Assembly: GCA_002269645.1 (NCBI GenBank)
Contig: NIVC01001787.1
Location: 1-64,000, forward strand
Direction: 5' to 3'
From: Macrostomum lignano
Taxonomy: Eukaryota
DNA: 64,000 nt
Shown: positions 25,016 through 36,506 of the stretch, one piece after another
Position numbering within the stretch: position 1 is the stretch's first letter
Layout: each line of letters begins with the position of its first letter
Notes under the pieces: generated by a model
The model's input: the letters and a program-made list of their open reading frames with translations, nothing else
Told to the model about the DNA's origin: nothing
Database searches by the model: none
Position numbers and translations under genes: made by a program

Positions 25016-25064
25016 GTATTTAATACTGTTACATCCTGCCTAATTGATAACTGAATTACTTCAG

Positions 25065-25580
25065 GCCGCCAGTTCATCACCGTTGCTAAGCGCTCAGCGC
25101 TGGTCCAGCCTAGAGCTGTTCTCAGTCTATGAGACAGCGTCTCATTATTACGTAATCGGCAGCGATCAGGCGCAGACATATTTTCGATTATTTAAATTAT
25201 CACGAACAGACAAAGCTGAGGAATTGAATCTATTTGAGGACAGCTACGAATACTCGTTGTCGGAGATACACAGATTCTTGCAGTGCTTTTGCGCCGTTCA
25301 AAATGCTCAGTCGGTTGCTACCGACCAGGCTCGTCAGCAACAGCAGCAGCAGCAGAAGGCTTCCCCTCTGCCAGAGAAATGCATAAACGCCTGCGGCATT
25401 CTTGGCTTCGTCCGATTCACTGAAGGCTATTATTTGGCTCTGGTCACCCGCGCCTCTGTTGCTGCTCAGCTGTGCGAGCACACTGTGCACCGGATTGAAG
25501 AGGCCCGTCTGGTCTGCCTGCATCCTAGCGGGCGGCCGCAGTCTTCCGAGGAGCAGCGATATGTGCGGCAGTTTGGCCAG
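25065..25580 (+). CDS. FIG4: FIG4/Sac3 PI(3,5)P2 5-phosphatase, coding exon 1 (no ATG within the exon)
   Basis: VYETASHYYVIGS…GILGFVRFTEGYY…EEQRYVRQFGQ matches the FIG4 N-terminus. Acceptor at 25064, donor gtgcgc at 25581. Confidence 0.92.
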
Positions 25581-25639
25581 GTGCGCTACTTCAGACACTG
25601 TCTGATCCTCAGACTTGGCTGTCACTCTACGAGTACCAG

Positions 25640-26215
25640 ATGCTGAATTGCTGGGCCGCCCTACCAGATCTTCAGTTGCTGGGCCAGCCTCCCAGATCTT
25701 CAGTTGCTGGGCCACCTTCCCAGATCCTCAGTTGCTGGGCCGGCCTCTCATGCAGATCCTCAGTTGCTGGGCCGCCCTACCAAATCCTCAGTCTTTGGGC
25801 CAGCCTCCCAGATCCTCAGTTGCTGGGCCATGCAGTCTCCCCGATCCTCAGTTTCTGGGCCATGCAGTCTCCCCGATCCTCAGTTTCTGGGCCATGCAGT
25901 CTCCCAGATCCTCAGTTTCTGGGCCATGCAGTCTCCCAGATCCTCAGTTTCTGGCCCATGCAGTCTCCCAGAACCTCAGTTGCTGGGCCATGCAGTCTCC
26001 CAGAACCTCAGTTGCTGGGCCATACAGTCTCCCAGAACCTCAGTTGCTGGGCCATGCAGTCTCCCAGAACCTCAGTTGCTGGGCCATGCAGTCTCCCAGA
26101 ACCTCAGTTGCTGGGCCATACAGTCTCCCAGAACCTCAGTTGCTGGGCCATGCAGTCTCCCAGAACCTCAGTTGCTGGGCCATGCAGTCTCCCAGAACCT
26201 CAGTTGCTGGGCCAT
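25640..26215. repeat. 28/29-bp minisatellite in FIG4 intron 1 (CCCAGATCCTCAGTTGCTGGGCC…)
   Basis: Tandem array; same family as 11335-12092, inverted. Confidence 0.95.
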
Positions 26216-26271
26216 CGCCGCTCCAGGCTGTGGCACAATTTGCTTAACTCTATTACATGTTACCACTGCAG

Positions 26272-26849
26272 GTAGACCTGGCCAGCAACTTCTACTACTG
26301 CCGCAGCTACGATCTGATGCACACTGTGCAGCACAATTTCACCGCCAGCCCCAGCGACTGCAGCAGCAGCAGCAGCAGCAACAGCAACCCGGCCTGTCTG
26401 CCCGACCAACTGAACCCGGACCAGCTCGGTCAGAAATGGTGCTGGAACCTGGCCTGGCTCACGGACCGCCTATCGCCTGGCTGGCAGCTCCGCCTGCTGC
26501 ACGGCTACATCGGTCAGTCTAGCATCGACGTCTGCGGCCGGACCGTCTTCGCTACGCTGATCGGCCGCCGGAGCCGCCGCTACGCCGGCACCAGATATTT
26601 AAAGCGCGGCTGCGACTATCAAGGCAACGCGGCTAATGAAGTTGAAACAGAACAGGTGCTCCACGATCCAACTAGCTGCTCGTTTGCCCTGTCCCGAGTC
26701 ACCGCATTTGTACAGGTGCGCGGATCTGTGCCGGCCATATGGAGTCAGGATATTCAAGGCGTGGTTACTAAGCCGCCGCCTGTTACTGTGCACTTCACCG
26801 ATTCTACCTGTGCGTTTAGCGGCCAGCATTTCTGCTCGTTGCTGGCTAG
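26272..26849 (+). CDS. FIG4: FIG4 coding exon 2 (SAC domain)
   Basis: VDLASNFYY…RYAGTRYLKRG…ANEVETEQ…QVRGSVPAIWSQ; ends AG|gcgagt (GC donor). Confidence 0.95.
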
Positions 26850-27515
26850 GCGAGTTGCGATGTTTATTGCTTTTATTGGCCCTCCAATAGCCTGGTAGCT
26901 TATTGACCCCCAATACTCCGGTAGCTTAATTATTGACCCGCCAATACCCTGGATACCCCACTAGGTGACCTACCAAAGTTGTCACTGATGACCCACCCGG
27001 GTAAACATTGAGAAGGATAATTCAATCGGATAATGGACGCGTCAGCCATTAGTGCCATTCTTTTATTGAATAAAATTCTGCCACTTAATCGGATGTGACG
27101 CAAAATTTACGATATCCGTATTAAACATTCGAATAATCCATTTTTCTATCCTGACAACGCAGATGGATATGTAGTTTGAATTCGAATGTATATCCGGATG
27201 TACACCCGGACTTTCATCCGAAAACGATAGAAATCCAGACGATTGAGCGGAAAAATATGCTTGTGAAAATCCCGGATATAACTGCATATCCCGGTGTTTG
27301 GGCCGGAAATGTCCCCCCCCCCTTATTTTTACGGCGGAAATGGCCGGATTGTTCGCCCCTATTGCGACTTAAAAGAGGAAAACAACGATAAAAAAGCAGT
27401 AGAGGAACAAAGCCATTTATTTGGTAACCAAATATTTATTTTCACTGTTTCGCCTTCTCGAGAAACGTCTCACCTTTTGATCAAAACCAAACCTCATCAA
27501 CATTGAACTTCTCTT

Positions 27516-27520
<5 letters not shown>

Positions 27521-27602
<82 letters not shown>
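27521..27602. repeat. (CT)n microsatellite, ~41 units
   Basis: Direct observation. Confidence 0.99.
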
Positions 27603-27605
<3 letters not shown>

Positions 27606-27677
27606 GAACTCATCTCTTTCTCTCCCTTTCTCTCAATCAAAGTGAATCTTCGATCCCTACGAATCCCAGGACGCAAC

Positions 27678-30600
27678 TCAACCTAAGTCCACACTGTCAA
27701 ACTCAGCGTTTTCGTCAGCCGCCTCCTCCAGCAGGGAGCCATCCATCGGGTTAGTCTGCGCTGCTGCTGGGTTGGCAAAAGCCACTTTGGGCCTTATTGG
27801 ATTCGGCTGACGTTGCTGCCCGTCAGCATTCGCAGCGTCGGCGATTTTCTGACGCTTCCTGGCCTTTGTCCCCTCGTTCTTCATAGCGCGAACCTAAGGC
27901 CAATTAAAAAAAATGGCGTCCTCCGGGCATCGCTTATAGCAGTCGTGTACGAGCTACGTCGTCCTCGTTCAGACGCACTCCTTTCGGGCGCAGAAGTTGC
28001 AGTTTTGCCGAGTTCGCGGTGTGCACACGAGAAGCATTATCCTGGACCCTTCGCTTTAGACGAACGGTGTATAGAGTATGTCGATGTTAGAAATTCGGAG
28101 TCGTCGAAGATAGCGCAGAATGCGCCGAAGGACGACGAACCTTTGCCTCAGGAACTTTTTTCTGCAGGAACGCAGGAATGCAGGTGTCTAACTGAAGAAA
28201 TTCTTGCTGGATTAGCAAGAATCTTTTCACGTTTTCCTCGATTTCACGTCGAGCCTTCTCAGTGACAAGCATTCGCGCGAAATCTGGATTGTCGTCTACT
28301 AGTGGCACGAGCCCCTCTCTCTGGACGCTTTCATTAGCGGGAGCACTCTGCATCAGGATACCCCGCATCGTCCAATGCAGCGCATCGGTTTTTGCTCTGC
28401 GTTCAGACCACTGCGCAGGTACACACCCAATGGTGCTAGCGCACTTGTGAAGCCAAAATCCTGTTCACAGTCATCGGGATTGAACTCCTCGGTACCACTG
28501 CGGCCCACCACACGCATCAGCTCCTAAGCGAATTGACACGACTGATAACCAGCGCTTGTGAATTCGCTGGATCACTTCGCTAACCTGGCGCAGATTTGCA
28601 TTGCAGTCCGTGGACAGGTTTTCCTTTTCTGCGCCGCTGTCTTTCAGCTGAGCTAGCTGGTCGTTAGCTGCTGCCAGTTGCTGACGAACATCCCGCAGTT
28701 CAGCGAGAATGGCATACTTACGCAGAGATCCTCGACCTCCTATTGCTTATGAATTTGCTGCAGCATATTCGTGCAAGACGGGCGCTTCAGCGCCACCGGA
28801 GCATCCGGCGGAATTTTCGCCATTTGCACGACGTCCTGAACCGCAGCTGACGTCCCGTACTGTCCTTTCCATACTACACTGAAGTAGTGCGTCCCAGACC
28901 GCTTATTCTGGGCCGTCACCAGAATCACACATGGGCGTTGCGGCCCAGCAGACCGTCGTCTGCATGCACACCAGAAGTCTTTTTTGAGGGCATTGAGACA
29001 ATCTGGCAGATCTGAACCTGCAAGGTCAAGTCAAATAGAGACGTGAGTTTGCAGTAAAGGACTAACCCAGTTCTACATGCATTTTTCTCTTATTGCCTAG
29101 CAAAAAATGCTAACAAGTAACACGCTTTCAACTTGGTGTTGTCATTGCAATAATATTTCGACCATATTGTTTTATTTGACTGCAGAATTTGCAGTTGTAG
29201 AGGAACATGCATTTAAGCTACTGTAAGTAGAGTAACACTGACTCGCGCAGTAAAATGAACTATATTACCCAGTATAATAAAATATATATATCTGCTTCTC
29301 GTAATTCTCTCTCACATTGTCTCCTTCCCTTTACCTGTGCTAAAGCAAAAACTTCACATATTTGCCCAGAAATGCGGTTTAAGACTTTTATAAGCGTTGG
29401 ATTTTCATCCTCCAGCAGATGCATATTTGATTATTTGGCAACACAGTTGATCGATTCATTTCTTACGTTCGTAAACTTAGTATCTATAGCTCAGCTCCCG
29501 ACTCTGAACAGGCCCAACTTTGCTTCCACTGCTGCGCTCTTTATTTTCTCACATAAAAGAAACTCATTCTTCTATTTAATGTTAATTAATTGTCAACTTC
29601 GACCAAAAGACAAGCAGTTCAGATCTTTTTGCGAAACACCAGCGAGCCCGTCTCAAAGATCGTTAACTGCTGCTCATCTCTGCCACGTCTGAGTGCGTCC
29701 AGCTGACTGCTTCTTCAGCTTCCTGGAAGAAGTATGGGTGAGAGTGCATCATTGATTTGCCGCAATGCAATGTAAAGAAAAGAAAGAAAATCATGAACAA
29801 CGACAGCTTACCCGTATTGCGAACTTAGCCCGGTCCAAAGCACGAGAAAAGTCTTGTTCCAATTTCCTTATTTTCTCTCTGCGACGCCACTGCTCGCCCA
29901 ATGCATCAAACGTGGAGTTACAGTGAACTGACACATCACTGGTGTCCGAGTCTTCTCGGACACGCCGTGTCTTGTGAGGCGTGTCCAGTGGCCGAGGCTT
30001 GTGACTCTTGCATGGCGGCCGGGTCTGTTCATGCGTGTCCAGTGGCCGAGGCTTGTATGGCGGCCATTTCTCGGTACGGCCTTTCGAAGCCAACCATTTC
30101 AACCGGCTGTAATGAGATTTGAGTCGGAATTGTTTAAAACCTGCAAAATATTAGGAGCTAGATTAAAATCTACATGTGATTAAAGCAGCATTGACTGATA
30201 AAATAAATGAAGCAGAATGCAAACTGAACTGCTGCTAATTGAGAAACGAAATGGGTGCGTGCAGGCGACTACCGAACAGTATTCTCGCGCTATACAACCA
30301 ACAGATTTTTTCAACATTTAGTGCGTAAAGACACGAGTCTTATTTTCGTGTAATAATAATAAGATACTATCATACTTTCTCTCGTTACTAAATATGTATG
30401 TAGACGTGTACGTTCCTATAAGTGATTAAGACGGAATGAGAGGAACAAGAAATCGTGCAAATGACAATTTAATTCTTAAAATATAATAAGCATTAGAGAA
30501 TGAAGTATACATTGTCCAATTACACTGACAGTTAATCTAGAGCTCACCCTGCTTAGTACACACATTAGCTGTTTGCATATATGGCCGTGTGAGTCCCTGC

Positions 30601-31567
30601 ATATGCAACCAATAATTATTTTGCAGAGTTGTAGCCCCGTGGCTGTACACTGCTTACGTGCATTTTACCCCCCCCCCGGAGGTCTTAAATCATGGAAAAC
30701 GCAAGGCACGATATATATAACTTGCGTTTGTTATATAACTTGACATGTCCTGCGTTGTCCGGGACTGGAGATTGCAAAGCAGAGGCACATTTGTCTTGCG
30801 ATCTCCGGCCGGAGACTGAAAACGCACGGAGTTTGCAAAGCCTAACACTGGGTCGTTTGCTGATAAATTAAAATTAAGATTTGATTTGATTAGAGATCAG
30901 TATTTAAAATTAAGAGAAAAACAAACCTTGTGTGTCAAAGTCGGAAAGCATAATTACGAATCAATATAATGGAAACAATGGACGATTCAATTAGCCCATA
31001 GAATATGTGTCTGACACGACACAACAGCCAAATATCTGGCCGACCTCGACAACTCTGTAGAATTCGATACAAGTCACGTCCTCATCACCTCGTCACTGTA
31101 CATCGCAACGAAACAGGAGATACATCGACGTTTGCGCATTTGTGCAGTAAACGGTTCGACGAAAATTCCGCTGTCGAATTCAATCAACGCCCAGGAGTGT
31201 CCCTGACTTCGCCTTTTCCGTTGTGCTACCACACTCCCGAACCGACGGAACACACGGCACTGCCTCTTTCCCAGTCTGAGCATCGACTCGACACGCGACA
31301 CGCCTGCAATATACAGTATTGACCAGCCGCAAGATGCCGTTCGACTGAGCTCACTGTCTGTACGTCCAGCAATCGTGAACCCCGCAGGCGCGCTTTCAGT
31401 CTGCAGTGCATTGACTCCATGAGTCCAGCTGATTGATGGTGCAGTGGACCAGCCAAATACGCGTAGTCGCACATATGTGAGCAAACTTGATACGCGTTGT
31501 ACGACTGTGCTAAAACGGAGTACAGCCGATGCAGCTCAGCAAAGACGTATCGGAGTGCTGTTCGCAC
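27678..31567 (-). pseudogene. Decayed multi-exon coding sequence(s) of unknown family inside the relic
   Basis: Long frames broken by single TAA/TAG/TGA codons. Apparent splice sites near 29810, 29730, 29330 and 29020. Coiled-coil segment AELRDVRQQLAAANDQLAQLKD. Confidence 0.55.
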
Positions 31568-32094
31568 ATGTGAAATCTCGCTTTTTGGGCCATCTAGTAG
31601 TGTTAGTCAAAACATGACTGTCGACATTACGCGAAGGAAGCTTATGTGATTCGGACAGTACAGTAGTCGCTAAGGAAGGATTCCAATGTCATCGGGGCTG
31701 GCGCCAACAGCCACGTTTCGAATTCGTGGCCGCGGAACTTTTTAAGCTCCCCGAGTCCGCCTGGAAGTCGATGGATCGATCGGGGTACTTTAATTTTTGC
31801 CACCTGCACAATGACAATAAATAAAAAATTCGGTTAAAAACGTTGAATCCGGACAGACCGAGTAAATATCCGGAATGAAAATCGGGGTACATTCATTCGA
31901 ATAGGGGACTGTATCCTGACCATCAGACGGAGTTCCAGCGGGATATTGATAATCCGGATAAAAGTGTGGATAAATATGATATTCGGGGCATTTTTACCTT
32001 ATCCGGTCATACACTCAAAATAAGCAACATATGCACATCCGGATAGATCACATCCGACCGATTTAACCTTCTCCATTCTTAAGCGGTCACCATA

Positions 32095-32245
32095 GTAGTA
32101 ACTGATGACCCACTAGGTGACCTACCATAGCAGTCACTGATGACCCACTAGGTGACCTACCATAGCAGTCACTGACGACCCACCAGGTGACCAGATAGTA
32201 GCCACTGATGACCCACCAGGTGACCAGATAGTAGTCACTGATGAC
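32095..32245. repeat. ~35-bp minisatellite (CACTAGGTGACCTACCATAGCAGTCACTGATGACC), also at 26957-27000
   Basis: Same unit and orientation on both sides of the 5.1-kb block. Confidence 0.85.
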
Positions 32246-32306
32246 TTAATAGATCTTGTGTGCTGTAGTTAGAGATAGCTATTCATCAGTCACCCTTCCC
32301 CTTTAG

Positions 32307-32928
32307 ATACGGCAGCCCCATCCAAGTTGTCAACCTGATGAAGCAGCAGCGCCGTTCGCAACGCGAGGTACTTCTAACCCAGCTTCTAACGCAAAGCGTT
32401 CGCTATCTCAACCAGTTTGTGCCGGCGTCTCGCTGCCTACTCTATCGGCACTTCGACATGGCCCGTATTCAGAAGCAGCCCGGCCGTTCTGTACTGTTAG
32501 AATTCGCTCCCATTGCCGCGGATCTGCTGGCTGCTAACGGCCTGTTCTGCCGTCAGGCCGGCCGGACCGAGTCTGTGCAGCTGGGCGTGGCCAGGACCAA
32601 CTGCGTCGACTGCCTGGACCGGACCAACACCGCCCAGTACGTGTTGGGACTGCTAGCGGCCGGCCGGCAGCTCGACTTGCTCGGGCTGGTCGACTACAAG
32701 CCTGACGAGACGCCATTCAATACCCAGCTAGACGCTGTCATCACCAACCTGTACGAGGATCACGGCGACGCGCTGGCGTTGCAGTACGGCGGCTCCCAGC
32801 TGGTGCACAATGTTGACACTTATAGGAAGTCGGCTCGCACGGTGTGGGGCTCTCAGAGGCGTCGGGATCTGGGCCAGACGCTGCAGCGCTATATTAATAA
32901 TACCTTTACTGATACGGAAAAGCAGCAG
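32307..32928 (+). CDS. FIG4: FIG4 coding exon 3 with the catalytic CX5R motif
   Basis: (R)YGSPIQVVNLMK…RTNCVDCLDRTNTAQ…LYEDHGDALALQYGGSQLVH. Acceptor tttag at 32306, donor gtgagt at 32929. Confidence 0.97.
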
Positions 32929-32959
32929 GTGAGTTATGAGGTCTTTCCTGATCCAAGAG

Positions 32960-33720
32960 TTCCAAGCTTTTGGATCTGGGATCTGGGATTCGGGCTCAAA
33001 GTGTGGAGGAAGGAGATTGGGGATCTGGGATTCGGGCTCAAAGTGTGGAGGAAGGAGATTGGGGATCTGGGATTCGGGCTCAAAGTGTGGAGGAAGGAGA
33101 TTAGGGATCTGGGATTCCAGCTCAAAGTGGGGAGTAGGGAGATTAGGGATCTGGGAGTCGAGCTCGAAGTGGGAAGGGGGATTGGGGATCTGGGATTCAA
33201 ACTCAAAGTGAGGATTAGGGAGACTTGGGATCTGGGATTCAAACTCGAAGTGAGGATTAGGGAGATTTGGGATCTGGGATTCAAACTCGAAGTAGGGAGA
33301 CTTGGGATCTGGGATTCAAACTTGAAGTGAGGATTAGGGAGACTTGGGATCTGGGATTCAAACTCGAAGTGGGGAGTAGGGAGATTTGGGATCTGGGATT
33401 CAAACTCGAAGTGGGGAGTAGGGAGATTTGGGATCTGGGATTCAAACTCGAAGTGGGGAGTAGGGAGATTTGGGATCTGGGATTCAAACTCGAAGTGGGG
33501 AGTAGGGAGATTTGGGATCTGGGATTCAAACTCGAAGTGGGGATTAGGGAGATTTGGGATCTGGGATTCAAACTCGAAGTAGGCAGATTTGGGATCTGGG
33601 ATTCAAACTCGAAGTGGGGAGTAGGGAGATTTGGGATATAGGATTCAAACTCAAAGTGAGGAGTAGAGAGATTTTATAATCTGGGATTCAAACTCGAAGT
33701 AGGAAGACTTGTTTTAGGAT
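32960..33720. repeat. ~42-bp minisatellite in FIG4 intron 3 (GGGATCTGGGATTCAAACTCGAAGTGGGGAGTAGGGAGATTT)
   Basis: Tandem array. Confidence 0.93.
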
Positions 33721-33876
33721 CGGGACTTGTTTTAGACGAACTTTGGATTTGTCTCAAAGTAATCGTTTGAATGGGAACTCCGATGTTAGTTTTGAACTCA
33801 AAGTAAAGGGGATCAGGGAATTTCGGGCCTGGTATTGATCTGTCATGATTAGCTTATCCCGCCGGCAATTGCGCAG

Positions 33877-34839
33877 GCGATCAGCCTATTCCTGGGCGTA
33901 TTCCGGCCTCCGCCTAGAAACAGCGGCAAACCGCACCTGTGGGAGCTCGGCTCCGAGGCGCATCTGCACTCCAAGCCGTCGTCAATCACCGGTCGGCGGA
34001 ATACGCGGGCCTGGTGCCCCGACCAGCTACTAGCCCAGCTGCCGTATCCCAGCGGCCAGACGCCTGCCCGGCATCAGCAGTCCGCCGCTTCAACAGCCGA
34101 TCCTGTAGTTCAGCTGCAACGCGAATTGGCTTTCCATCGGCTGTACCAGCCCTGGCTGCTCACCCTGTTCCCGCCGCCGCCGGACACCGCGCCAAAGCCT
34201 CTGACCATCGGCAGCGTTGGCCAGCCGTTGCGCCGGTTAAGCGTCGACCAGGGCCAGGCGGAGCGGTACAGTTCTGTGCACAAGTTCGCCGCCGCAGCCG
34301 CCGCGGCCGCCGCTGCCGCCGTCTCTGGATCGTCGAGCTCTTTAGCTTCGTCGGTGCAGCAGCAGCATCAGCAGTCAGACTCTGGCGCCGACACCGACTC
34401 TCTAGACGCTATTGAAGTTGCTAGCGAAGCCTCCGCTACCGCAGCGGCCGCAGCCTATCCGGTATGGAGCTTGAATAGTCGGACAGGCTCTCCGGCACCG
34501 CCACCCCCGCCGCCGCCTCCGCCTTCATTGGCGCCACCAGCGCCACCGCCTGCGCGAGATCCGGCGCCATACGATTGTCAGCGCTATTCGGCCTACGCCA
34601 GCTTTGCCGCTGAATTCCGTTTGGACCAATTCGAGGCCAGCCGTGCCGCGCCGGCCAAAGCAGCCTTTTACGACGTGTACGGCGATTCTAGCCGGACTAG
34701 CCTGGCCGATATGGGACTGCGCGATCGGCAGCTGTGCTTCGACTGCGTTCACGTGTCCGTATTTGGGCCGTCTGTTGGCGAACGTGACGCCAGAGTCTAT
34801 TCTCAATATATTCAGCCGGACCTTGCAACCTATTGCTGA
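33877..34839 (+). CDS. FIG4: FIG4 coding exon 4 (terminal)
   Basis: AISLFLGVFRP…GKPHLWEL matches FIG4 INLFLGVFHP…GKPHLWEL; frame continues into ORF 34126-34839 ending VYSQYIQPDLATYC*. Confidence 0.92.
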   Translation, partial: AISLFLGVFRPPPRNSGKPHLWELGSEAHLHSKPSSITGRRNTRAWCPDQLLAQLPYPSGQTPARHQQSAASTADPVVQLQRELAFHRLYQPWLLTLFPPPPDTAPKPLTIGSVGQPLRRLSVDQGQAERYSSVHKFAAAAAAAAAAAVSGSSSSLASSVQQQHQQSDSGADTDSLDAIEVASEASATAAAAAYPVWSLNSRTGSPAPPPPPPPPPSLAPPAPPPARDPAPYDCQRYSAYASFAAEFRLDQFEASRAAPAKAAFYDVYGDSSRTSLADMGLRDRQLCFDCVHVSVFGPSVGERDARVYSQYIQPDLATYC

Positions 34840-34871
34840 GAGTTTGCTGTAAGAACTGTAAAATAATTGCT

Positions 34872-34877
34872 AATAAA
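34872..34877 (+). terminator. Polyadenylation signal of FIG4
   Basis: AATAAA 33 bp after the stop codon. Confidence 0.6.
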
Positions 34878-34959
34878 ACTATTACCGCCAATCTGACCTT
34901 AGTTGTGATTGATTAATCGCCTTTAAAAATCGATTGTAATCGCAAAATCGCCGCTAAGT

Positions 34960-35660
34960 TATTCTTAGAAATCGCCCCAGAGCTGTTCTTAGAAATCGCC
35001 CCTGAGCTGTTCTTAGAAATCGCTTCTGGGCTGTTCTTAGAAATCGCCCTCAAACTTCTCATACCAATCGCCCCTGAGTCGTTTTTAGAAATCGCTCCTG
35101 CGCTGTTCTTAGAAATCGCCCCTAAGCTATTCTTAGAAATCGACCTTAAGCTGTTCTTAGAAATCGCCCTTGAGCTGTTCTTAGAAATCGCCCCTGAGCT
35201 GTTCTTAGAAATCGCCCTTGAGCTGTTCTTAGAAATCGCCCCTAAGCTATTCTTAGAAATCGCCCCTGAGCTGTTCTTAGAAATCGCCCCTGAGCTGTTC
35301 TTAGAAATCGCCCCTGGGCTGTTCTTAGAAATCGACCCTGAGCTGTTCTTAGAAATCGCCGCTCAGTTATTCTTAGAAATCGCCCAGAGCTGTTCTTAGA
35401 AATCGCCGCTCAGTTATTCTTAGAAATCGCCCCAGAGCTGTTCTTAGAAATCGCCCAGAGCTGTTCTTAGAAATCGCCGCTCAGTTATTCTTAGAAATCG
35501 CCCCAGAGCTGTTCTTAGAAATCGCCCAGAGCTGTTCTTAGAAATCGCCCCTGAGCTGTTCTTAGAAATCGCTCCTGGGCTGTTCTTAGAAATCGCTCCT
35601 GAGCTGTTCTTAGAAATCGCCGCTCAGTTATTCTTAGAAATCGCCCTTGTACTGCTCTTA
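34960..35660. repeat. 24-bp minisatellite (TTCTTAGAAATCGCCCCTGAGCTG)
   Basis: Tandem array just downstream of FIG4. Confidence 0.95.
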
Positions 35661-36264
35661 GAAATACGAGAAATACGAGAAATGCTCTTAGTTATCTACG
35701 TTTTCGTGCTTTTGTGTAAATTGCTTGCTGAAATTCAACATAATGCCATAAATTTATTGAGTTTTATCAATACTTTTGTGTCCCTATATCTTAAAACTGC
35801 AGGGTATTATTGATATTTAATAAGTAATTTTATTGCCTCTCTGATTGTTTTACTCAAGTCTTTCATTTTGTGCTTTTGAAATAACTTAAACACTAGTTCG
35901 TAATGGTTTACACAGTTGCTATAAATACAAATTTATAAGCGGTTCACTTTCTAGCAATCTTAAGCATATTGTGTGATTTTAGTTACACGATCGGTCTTGC
36001 ATTGCTGATTATTTTCTTGCATTCATGGACAAGGAGGGTAGCTTATCAGCGCGTCCATAGCAACGCCCTCCAGCGGCTGTTGTTGTCTCGCGCCAGATGA
36101 CTACTGTAGAAACGCGCGCTATGCATGACACTGCCGCATCCTAGATTTGAATTATTAATCGCCTGTTCAGCTCAAAGCTACATGAAGTCGGCATTTATTT
36201 TTTCGCATCGTCTGTTTTTTTGACAACCAAAGCGAGCGGTGCGCCGTAAGCCTCTGAGACTGAG

Positions 36265-36506
36265 ATGTGTCTCAGACTATTGCTGAAGGCCATTCTGATA
36301 ACTAGCCTTGTTGTCGGCTCTGTCGGCGGTCAGTGGTGTCACTGGCTGCGCTGGGAGTGCCAGAGAAGTGCGATCCTTTGTCGGCCAGTGCGCCAGCGGG
36401 CCTGCTGCTCTGACAACTGCAGCGGCGGAAGTGGCAGCGAGGATGCCGTGTACAATTCACAGTCTCTGATGCTGCATCCGCCGTTCTATTGCGATATGGC
36501 CGCTAA
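36265..36506 (+). CDS. TSP1-like type I membrane protein, exon 1 (copy 1)
   Basis: Signal-peptide-like N-terminus, then WCHWLRWEC…CRPVRQRACC; donor AA|gtgagc. Confidence 0.75.

Larger units (their letters stand above)
27002..32081 (-). mobile_element. ~5.1-kb TIR-bounded DNA transposon relic in FIG4 intron 2 (superfamily unassigned)
   Basis: 30-bp terminal inverted match (23/30 identical). ATCCGG-rich subterminal regions at both ends. The same ~35-bp minisatellite lies on both flanks. Confidence 0.55.

Noticed and set aside
25044-25064. TTG start for FIG4 from the ORF track
   Set aside because: It is a eukaryotic gene and the TTG lies in the acceptor region.
32929-33641. Read-through extension of FIG4 exon 3 (WDLGFKLEV repeats)
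   Set aside because: This is the intron 3 minisatellite; homology resumes at 33877.
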